From positions 1 through 64,000 of the IMG/VR virus record IMGVR_UViG_3300017917_002740: a stretch of DNA of 64,000 nt. One strand, given 5' to 3'. The notes below the pieces were generated by a model that worked only from the letters and a program-made list of their open reading frames with translations, made no database searches and was not told where the DNA came from. Below, piece by piece: positions 57,898-64,000 of the stretch. The stretch comes from a virus. The translations under genes were made by a program, and so were the position numbers. How positions within the stretch are numbered: position 1 is the first letter of the stretch; every line of letters begins with the position of its first letter.

Positions 57898-58716
57898 TTA
57901 TGTCCATAGGCTTTCACGAATTTTGATTAAGCGAATCATCATTTCTTCATCTTCTTTTTCGTATTGTACTTCCAACTTCTGTAGCTTGTCAAGAGCCTTA
58001 CGACTTTCAGTTTTCTCTTTTTTGGTTTTTTCTTCTGGTAAAAACTCATCTGGATAGTCTTTACGTCGACGTTCACAGACATCATGCCAGCCACTGGCTT
58101 CATAGGGGTCTGGACGATTTGGACGAATCTCTTTCCACCAAGTGTAGATTTCCAAAATCTCCTTAGCGGCTTTGGCCTGATAAGTAGGTTCGGGGGTTTC
58201 GCCTTCCTTGATAAACTCTTCGTTAGTTAGTGTCATCGCCCATTTTAGATAATCAATACCTGCTTCTGGACAGCGCCATGTGCGGAAACGAAAGAATGTT
58301 CGAGTCCAAGGAGTGAGATATTTTTTACGGGTATCATCATCCCACATCACATGGTGCCACGCCTGTTCAATTTCTACAAAGTCCACAAGCTCGTTCATTA
58401 GGCAAGGCAGAAAACGATTGCCAACGTCCTGCCACTGTCCGGGTTTGATATCTTTAGGGTGAGCGGTTAGACAGTGTGTGCGAGTAATCCAGCGGTTATT
58501 AATATAGTAACGAACATCATTGATACGATCTGGAATCCAGCACCATACATTTTGGACGTAGTCAAGCCCTTCTTCGGCTATCCAATAACGGATAGGATGT
58601 GACTCTTTAGATGCACGTTTCCAGGTCGCCCATTCTTTTGAGGTACCAGCATGAAGCTTTGGCGTACCGCGAAGCCAATCTGCAAACTTTGAGCAAGTCC
58701 AATAATTTGATCTCAT
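57898..58716 (-). CDS. conserved Trp-rich early phage protein
   Basis: 272 aa; consensus promoter upstream. Confidence 0.75.
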   Translation of the reverse strand: MRSNYWTCSKFADWLRGTPKLHAGTSKEWATWKRASKESHPIRYWIAEEGLDYVQNVWCWIPDRINDVRYYINNRWITRTHCLTAHPKDIKPGQWQDVGNRFLPCLMNELVDFVEIEQAWHHVMWDDDTRKKYLTPWTRTFFRFRTWRCPEAGIDYLKWAMTLTNEEFIKEGETPEPTYQAKAAKEILEIYTWWKEIRPNRPDPYEASGWHDVCERRRKDYPDEFLPEEKTKKEKTESRKALDKLQKLEVQYEKEDEEMMIRLIKIRESLWT

Positions 58717-58743
58717 GATATTTTCTTTCTGTAGAACAACTTA

Positions 58744-58772
58744 ATTATACTATCATTAAAGAAATCTGTCAA
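58744..58772 (-). promoter_or_regulatory. consensus sigma70 promoter TTGACA-17-TATAAT
   Basis: Plus-strand tgtcaa 58767-58772 and attata 58744-58749. Confidence 0.85.
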
Positions 58773-58790
58773 TAACGATTGAAAAATGAA

Positions 58791-59177
58791 TCAAAATTTT
58801 TGTTGATATCCAGCCAAATTGAGCATCATACTATACTGCTCATAGGCTTTTTTGACTGCTTCGTTTGAGTTACGATAAAATGCTTCTTCACGTTCTTTGT
58901 CCATAAGTGTTTGAAACATGTCAACTTCGGATCGAGTATGATGTTGCCATTTAAAGAAACGCTGTTCTAATTCTACAAGAGCTCTAAGACGACCCTCTGG
59001 GATTTCTATAGTATAGACTCGTTCATCTTCAAACTCCACAATATCCTTGCGAATGATATCAGCACGTTCTGGGTCTGTGAAAAATCGTGGAGGATGATAA
59101 CGTGCCCTACGTTTGGAATCGTTTAGGACACGTACCTCATAGTTTTCACAAAAGTTTTTTAGTTTATTATCGTCCAC
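58791..59177 (-). CDS. hypothetical protein (GTG start)
   Basis: 128 aa; C-terminal AVKKAYEQY. Confidence 0.65.
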   Translation of the reverse strand: MDDNKLKNFCENYEVRVLNDSKRRARYHPPRFFTDPERADIIRKDIVEFEDERVYTIEIPEGRLRALVELEQRFFKWQHHTRSEVDMFQTLMDKEREEAFYRNSNEAVKKAYEQYSMMLNLAGYQQKF

Positions 59178-59322
59178 GGCCCGCAGATTTCTTTGCTGGT
59201 TTGTTTACGCTTACTTGACTACCGTGAATACCGTGATCTCCATCCTTGGCATTCTTAGTATTGGTTTGTTTTTGATTGGACTTCTTTTTTTCTAAAGCAG
59301 CTTTTAAAAAATCAGTTTTCAT
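59167..59322 (-). CDS. small basic protein (51 aa)
   Basis: Manual translation MKTDFLKAALEKKKSNQKQTNTKNAKDGDHGIHGSQVSVNKPAKKSAGRGR; AGGAG SD. Confidence 0.6.
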   Translation of the reverse strand: MKTDFLKAALEKKKSNQKQTNTKNAKDGDHGIHGSQVSVNKPAKKSAGRGR

Positions 59323-59324
59323 AA

Positions 59325-59996
59325 TTACTCCTTGGCAATTAAACTGTCAGTCATTGGGAATATAGCAGCGATGGCTTTGGCGCAGGCCAATGCCACCAGT
59401 TGATGTTCTTTCTGTGTTCCATTACCAGAACGTAGTTCAATAAAATGTACCCACGAACGAAGTGTTCCGTTCATATACAATCGACTTTCAATAAGTCCTT
59501 CTGGTAGCACAGCACGAGCCTGTTCTTTAGCTATGCCCTTAGCGATAGCCCATTCGTAGGCACTTCGTGCATAATCGATGACCTGTTGTTGCTGTCGCTC
59601 CCAATCTCTCTGTAAGCGTTCATCATCCGTTTCGACACTGTTCTGTCTGTTCTTTGGGTCTTGAAGTCGTGCTTCTCGCAGTACAAACGAGAGGTCTTTA
59701 ACAGGGTCAGCATATCGCTGACTGAACTCTTGGAATGAGAAACTTCTGTGTCTGAGAATCTGTCTTGCGATATCTCTTGTGGTTGTGATTTCCACACAGG
59801 CTGATACCATTTCAAGGGGTGACCAGTGTGCGTGTTTAACAAGATATCGTATAAGCTTCTCTGATGTCTCTGTATTGAGCTGGTTTGATGGGTTTGAGAC
59901 ACGGGCGCAATACGCAATGAGTTCCTGCGCATCGTCGATGCCCAGATTTGCAAATTCCACTGTGGGTTGGGAGTAAGAGACCAAGCGAACATCCAT
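59325..59996 (-). CDS. thyX: flavin-dependent thymidylate synthase
   Basis: HWSPLE, RQILRHRSFSFQEFSQRY, EQARAVLP, TQKEH. Confidence 0.96.
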   Translation of the reverse strand: MDVRLVSYSQPTVEFANLGIDDAQELIAYCARVSNPSNQLNTETSEKLIRYLVKHAHWSPLEMVSACVEITTTRDIARQILRHRSFSFQEFSQRYADPVKDLSFVLREARLQDPKNRQNSVETDDERLQRDWERQQQQVIDYARSAYEWAIAKGIAKEQARAVLPEGLIESRLYMNGTLRSWVHFIELRSGNGTQKEHQLVALACAKAIAAIFPMTDSLIAKE

Positions 59997-60451
59997 TATG
60001 CTTCCTTAAGAATTTTCATTAATTTTTCTTTTTCTAAAAGATCTTTTTCAAGTTCTATATATTGCTTACGCAATTCTTTGAGTTGTTTCCAACGATCTTC
60101 TAACTCTGGATTAGGGTTGAGAATACCTAATCTTTCTTCAATCTTTTCTATAGCGTCTGAAAGACTTTTACCGCCTATTTTAATATCTCCACCTTCTTTG
60201 ACATTAATGCCATTGGTATCGATATTAACACTGGCAGCATTGTTCCAATCACTGGTTGAAGTATTGTATGTATAAGTCACAGGAGATGTAAGACTCCCTG
60301 TGACAGAATACATAGATGGATCTAATGTTATAGATGTAGCGCCAGTGCCGCCAAATCCGCCCGCACCTATGTTATAGATGGGCCCGCCGGCACCGCCACT
60401 ACTTAAATCAAGATCTAATTGATCAGTAATATCGATCTTGCTCACAGACAT
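59996..60451 (-). CDS. hypothetical protein with C-terminal coiled coil
   Basis: Probable start MSVSKID; IEERLGILNPNPELE. Confidence 0.65.
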   Translation of the reverse strand: MSVSKIDITDQLDLDLSSGGAGGPIYNIGAGGFGGTGATSITLDPSMYSVTGSLTSPVTYTYNTSTSDWNNAASVNIDTNGINVKEGGDIKIGGKSLSDAIEKIEERLGILNPNPELEDRWKQLKELRKQYIELEKDLLEKEKLMKILKEA

Positions 60452-60452
60452 T

Positions 60453-60647
60453 TTATTTTGCCTTGGCTTCTTTGCGGGCGTTTTTTTCTGCTGTGATTTC
60501 ATTTCTACGTGCTTTTACTGCTTTACCAACTTCTTGTAGAGCCTTACGAGCTCTTGTACCGGCAGCCGAGTTACCTGCTGCGAATTTTGCATCTTCTGCT
60601 AAGAAAGCTTCGAATGCTGCTTTTAGTTGTTCTACTGTGTTTGACAT
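60453..60647 (-). CDS. histone H1-like/Hc1-family small basic protein
   Basis: KF..GN.AAGTRARKAL....K..R.EI. Confidence 0.8.
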   Translation of the reverse strand: MSNTVEQLKAAFEAFLAEDAKFAAGNSAAGTRARKALQEVGKAVKARRNEITAEKNARKEAKAK

Positions 60648-60688
60648 AATAATTCCTCTTGTTATGTGTCTTTACTTATAAAAGTATT

Positions 60689-60799
60689 TGGTGTGGCCGG
60701 TAGGATTCGAACCTACAGAGGCTGTGTCTAAGACGGCGCCCCATTCCCAAGTGCGTTTCGCAACGGACTGGAGGTCTACCATATTCCACTGACGACCAC
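60689..60799 (-). ncRNA. atypical tRNA-Leu(UAG)-like RNA, 111 nt, with a 35-nt extra hairpin between D and anticodon arms
   Basis: Acceptor GUGGUCG/CGGCCAC, A73, CCA; T-arm GUAGG-UUCGAAU-CCUAC; anticodon arm GCCGU-CUUAGAC-ACAGC; Leu-like D-loop. Confidence 0.8.
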
Positions 60800-60805
60800 A
60801 TGTAT

Positions 60806-60834
60806 ATTATATACTCGGCTTTTGCGATCTGCAA
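60806..60834 (-). promoter_or_regulatory. sigma70 promoter TTGCAG-17-TATAAT; predicted +1 at G1 of the tRNA-like RNA
   Basis: Plus-strand ctgcaa 60829-60834 and attata 60806-60811. Confidence 0.65.
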
Positions 60835-60862
60835 CCTAATAGCGGTTAAATAACAGCAGTTT

Positions 60863-61963
60863 ATGAATACCTATACGCAAATTGAACCTTTTGGTACACC
60901 GCATTTTCAAATTACCTGGGAAGCTACTTTAAAATGCAATTTGGATTGCAGCTATTGTAGCCCCAATGATCACAACAATAAGATACCTCATCCAAAATTA
61001 GAGGACTGTCTTAAGACTGTAGACTTTCTTTTGGAATATGTCGATGTGTATATGCAGAACAAAAATCCTGCTCATCGAAATGCAGGCTTCAATGTGTTCG
61101 GCGGTGAAAGCCTTTTCCATCCAGACATTGTAGAAATACTGACTTACATTAAAGAACAGCATAAAAAATACGAACATCGCTGGACTATGGCAGTGCAGAC
61201 TGTGACAAACGCTGTAGTCAAAGAAAAAATTTGGAAAGAAATTGTTCCTTTGATTGATTACTTCACTGTAAGTTATCATAGCGAAGCAACCGTAGAACAG
61301 CAAGATTTGGTAAGACAAAATTTATTAATGCTGAAAGCAAACAACAAAAGATTTACCTGTTCTATATTGATGCATGCAGGACGATGGGACAATTGTCAAA
61401 GCATGATACAATGGTGCAAGGACAACGATATTCCTCATCTTCCAAGACAGATAGATCACAGTTGGCATGATCTAAAATTTTGGTATAACAAAGAACAAAC
61501 ACAATGGTGGAATGAACATAGAGGTATTGACACTGACATTCCCCTACACAAAAAAATTATCAATATCGTAAATTTAGACAGTCAAGGTCGTAGCTGTTGT
61601 GGAGGAACTGAGCTAAGTGTTAATGGTAATACTTCTTGTTCACAGACATACATACCAGGTAATAATTTTAAAGGCTGGAGTTGCAGTGTAAATTACTTTT
61701 TTGCCTATGTAAAACAGGTGACCAAAGAAGTATTTTTAAACAAAGATTGCATGATGAACTTTGACGGCAAAGTAGCACCTATAGGAACTGTAGATCAAGG
61801 TGCTGAAATCATAGCAGATCTAAAAAGAAATTTTGCCAACAATACTATGCCTGTGGTTACCTGTGCCAAGTCTAAGTGCTGGTGTGGATTGTGCGCTCCT
61901 AAGGCGCACGACAGATCGACTTTCGATACTATGATGGAAAAGTATGTCACAGATACCGTTTGA
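60863..61963 (+). CDS. radical SAM protein with C-terminal Cys-rich (SPASM/twitch-like) domain
   Basis: CNLDCSYC, GGES, TN, SYH, C...C.CGLC. Confidence 0.9.
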   Translation: MNTYTQIEPFGTPHFQITWEATLKCNLDCSYCSPNDHNNKIPHPKLEDCLKTVDFLLEYVDVYMQNKNPAHRNAGFNVFGGESLFHPDIVEILTYIKEQHKKYEHRWTMAVQTVTNAVVKEKIWKEIVPLIDYFTVSYHSEATVEQQDLVRQNLLMLKANNKRFTCSILMHAGRWDNCQSMIQWCKDNDIPHLPRQIDHSWHDLKFWYNKEQTQWWNEHRGIDTDIPLHKKIINIVNLDSQGRSCCGGTELSVNGNTSCSQTYIPGNNFKGWSCSVNYFFAYVKQVTKEVFLNKDCMMNFDGKVAPIGTVDQGAEIIADLKRNFANNTMPVVTCAKSKCWCGLCAPKAHDRSTFDTMMEKYVTDTV

Positions 61964-62915
61964 TAAAATAATTAGATTCGGTCAACAGACAATGTTAGAC
62001 ACTGATTTATTTTCAGTAAGCTGGATCCTGGGTAGATTCTGTAACTACAAGTGTTCATATTGCTGGCCTTATGCTCGTACAGATAAACCAGATCACTATG
62101 AGCTTGAAGTTTATCAAAGAACCATAGATGAAATTAAAACACAGTCTCGAGCAAATGGATTTACAAGATTTCATTGGAGTTTCAGCGGAGGTGAGCCCAC
62201 AGCTTATAAACAATTTTTAGAAGTTGTTCGTCATCTTGACGACGGAGCAATAACACCCTATCAAAGCATACACATGACTACCAATCTTTCGCCCGGAACA
62301 AAGTGGTGGAAGTCTTGGTGTCAAGCCACAGAAGTATTACAGCGTAGAAGCATCACGGCCAGCTATCATGCAGAACATGCCAAAGAAGATGAGTTCGGAG
62401 ACAAGTGTCTAAAACTAATGAATGAAAATGTCTTTGTCACAGTTAATCAAGTTATGGTTCCTGATCAGTTCTATGAAACTTTAGAACGCTGCTATAGACT
62501 AAAATCCAGAGGAATAAATGTAACTCTAAAACCACAGAGCGATCCTACTGCCAGTTTTGTAGTCAGTGGCTACACCGATGAAATGCTAAGGATAATGCAA
62601 GAAGAATTCCAGCAACAGGTCAAGGGTGAAAATCTTTACCAAATTAGACTGTCAGACGGTACGCAAGATTATTATATAGATCAAGCAGAAAGATTCAATG
62701 CTTTTGGTTTTAACCGTTTTCAAGGTTGGAGTTGCAATAGTGGCTATCAAAGTGTTATAATTAGAGAGAATGAGGTTAAAAGATCTTACAGTTGCCACGA
62801 TAAACCTTTAGGAACTCTAACTGAAGGGTTTAAACTTTTCGAGCAACCAGCAAAATGTATTACTCCGAGCTGTGTAAGTTCGGCAGACAGCAAGGTACCA
62901 AAAAGTAAAATATGA
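61944..62915 (+). CDS. radical SAM protein with twitch-like domain
   Basis: CNYKCSYC, SGGEPT, TTN, SYH, C.SG...C...C....C. Confidence 0.9.
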   Translation: MSQIPFDKIIRFGQQTMLDTDLFSVSWILGRFCNYKCSYCWPYARTDKPDHYELEVYQRTIDEIKTQSRANGFTRFHWSFSGGEPTAYKQFLEVVRHLDDGAITPYQSIHMTTNLSPGTKWWKSWCQATEVLQRRSITASYHAEHAKEDEFGDKCLKLMNENVFVTVNQVMVPDQFYETLERCYRLKSRGINVTLKPQSDPTASFVVSGYTDEMLRIMQEEFQQQVKGENLYQIRLSDGTQDYYIDQAERFNAFGFNRFQGWSCNSGYQSVIIRENEVKRSYSCHDKPLGTLTEGFKLFEQPAKCITPSCVSSADSKVPKSKI

Positions 62916-63433
62916 TTCATGTATTCGGTGATAGCTTTTCTATAGATAACAGTAACGATAGTTGGGTTACTCGCTTGAATGCAACCTCGTATTCTACCTG
63001 CGGAGCAAGCGAATACAGAATATGGAAAACTTATCAAAGCAATAAACACCTAATTAAACCAAATGACACTGTTTTATTTTGTCATACTTTTCCGTATAGA
63101 GTTTTTTTAAAAAACAACAGTACATTGTTAAGCAGATTGTTACCTTCTCATCCTTTTTGCGATATCATCATCAATGATATCATTGCTAAGAAAGAATCAA
63201 AATTTATAAGTGTTTTAAAAACTATATGGGACGAAGATTATTTTTATGACACTTACCTGTTACTTGTTAATGATTTAAAGAAAGTTCCTAATAGCTTTCA
63301 CTTTACTTTTTTTGAATCTACTCTAATGCATTCATTTTACGAAACATGGATAAACAACAAAGGAAACATCAATCATTTAACTGTAAGTGGTAACAATGCT
63401 GTTTATAGGGACATTAAAAAGTGGATAGATTAA
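62912..63433 (+). CDS. SGNH/GDSL hydrolase-like protein
   Basis: VFGDSFS, GAS, C-terminal NHLT..GN. Confidence 0.7.
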   Translation: MIHVFGDSFSIDNSNDSWVTRLNATSYSTCGASEYRIWKTYQSNKHLIKPNDTVLFCHTFPYRVFLKNNSTLLSRLLPSHPFCDIIINDIIAKKESKFISVLKTIWDEDYFYDTYLLLVNDLKKVPNSFHFTFFESTLMHSFYETWINNKGNINHLTVSGNNAVYRDIKKWID

Positions 63434-64000
63434 TAGCATTCGGATCATCATACACATACGGCGACGGATTACCAGATACGTTTCCCGAGAATACTACGCC
63501 AAGCAAACTGGCATGGCCAAGTATTTTAGCCGCTGAACTTAATTTGGAATGTGTTAATATGAGTTCGAGGGGTGCAAGTAATAGAAAAATATGGCACGAC
63601 ATTCTGCATTTTAAATTTGAACCTAATGATGTTGTTTTTATATTATGGGCATTTCCAAATCGACATACTATTTTTGATTCTAAGTTAGAATTTAGAAACT
63701 TATTGCCGTCAGGAGTTAATAAATCAAACGAAGCTGATGCCTATTATCGCTATATCTATACCGAGTATGATTCGGCATTGACTACTAAACTGTATATCAA
63801 TCACGCCAACCAACTGATATTGTCTAATAACATACAGGTACATCATTTATTACTGAACATAGAAAGCAAAGACCTTTTTGAATTAGGTGGCCAGAAGATA
63901 GAATTTATTCCTTTGGCATTTGAAGATTCGTATAAAACAGCATATCCTTTAAGTATTGATAAACTACATCCGGGTGAAAAATGTCATAGAGCGTTTGCCA
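63421..64000 (+). CDS. SGNH hydrolase-like protein, partial (GTG start)
   Basis: Not in the ORF track. Manual translation MDRLIAFGSSYTYGDGLPD...NMSSRGASN...DKLHPGEKCHRAFA. Confidence 0.7.
   Translation, partial: MDRLIAFGSSYTYGDGLPDTFPENTTPSKLAWPSILAAELNLECVNMSSRGASNRKIWHDILHFKFEPNDVVFILWAFPNRHTIFDSKLEFRNLLPSGVNKSNEADAYYRYIYTEYDSALTTKLYINHANQLILSNNIQVHHLLLNIESKDLFELGGQKIEFIPLAFEDSYKTAYPLSIDKLHPGEKCHRAFA

Noticed and set aside
60689-60799. tmRNA, selenocysteine tRNA or amber suppressor interpretation
   Set aside because: No G3.U70 pair or tag ORF; 7/5 acceptor/T stems; an anticodon of 5'-UAG-3' reads Leu CUA, whereas an amber suppressor would have anticodon CUA
1416-63602. Many antisense or nested ORFs in the track (e.g. 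4572-4976, 14821-15135, 38315-38818, 54287-54823, 59531-59992)
   Set aside because: They overlap well-supported genes, lack RBS and motifs, and have shadow-ORF composition
1-64000. Bacterial chromosome or prophage, given host-like genes (iscU, kdsA, clpA, dnaJ, def)
   Set aside because: These genes are interspersed with T4-like replisome, baseplate and lysis genes and TAAATA late promoters; no integrase, att site or intact bacterial operon is visible
1-64000. Stop-codon reassignment as in some large phages
   Set aside because: Long genes (888 and 2488 aa) are intact in the standard code, and TAA, TAG and TGA all end coupled genes
1-64000. CRISPR array, DGR/retron, transposase or homing endonuclease
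   Set aside because: No spaced repeats, reverse transcriptase, Cas or transposase motifs seen by eye; intergenic gaps are too short for an array

Overview
This 64-kb window is part of a large T4-superfamily-like (jumbo) lytic myophage genome read in the standard genetic code. It is densely coding and mostly on the minus strand. Two-component spanins, KdsA and a Burkholderiales-like IscU suggest a Gram-negative, probably betaproteobacterial host (inference). Contents in order: (1) a 7-deazaguanine DNA-modification locus (QueD-like partial gene, DpdA/TGT-like transglycosylase), with a canonical queD and a QueC-like gene elsewhere; (2) replication genes (sliding clamp, PolB, DsbA-like, clamp loader, and a DnaE fragment that stops just before the catalytic motif); (3) a late cluster of small proteins with T4 internal-protein-like N-termini and many [LIVM]-x-E sites; (4) proteostasis genes (ClpA, peptide deformylase, DnaJ, GroES); (5) a full lysis cassette; (6) PhoH and a MazG-like enzyme; (7) about 20 kb of baseplate/tail-fibre genes; (8) IscA x2, IscU, SOD, UvsE; (9) glycosyltransferase, KdsA and a Maf-like gene; (10) ThyX and an Hc1-like protein; (11) radical SAM and SGNH genes. 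The most unusual signals are non-coding: a 111-nt tRNA-Leu(UAG)-like RNA with a 35-nt hairpin between the D and anticodon arms and no long variable arm; a preQ1-I-like pseudoknot in the queD leader; an RBS-occluding pseudoknot in the phoH leader; tandem identical-loop hairpins before the PolB ribosome-binding site; and repeated leaderless promoter-to-ATG spacing. All calls come from motif reading only; no searches were run.
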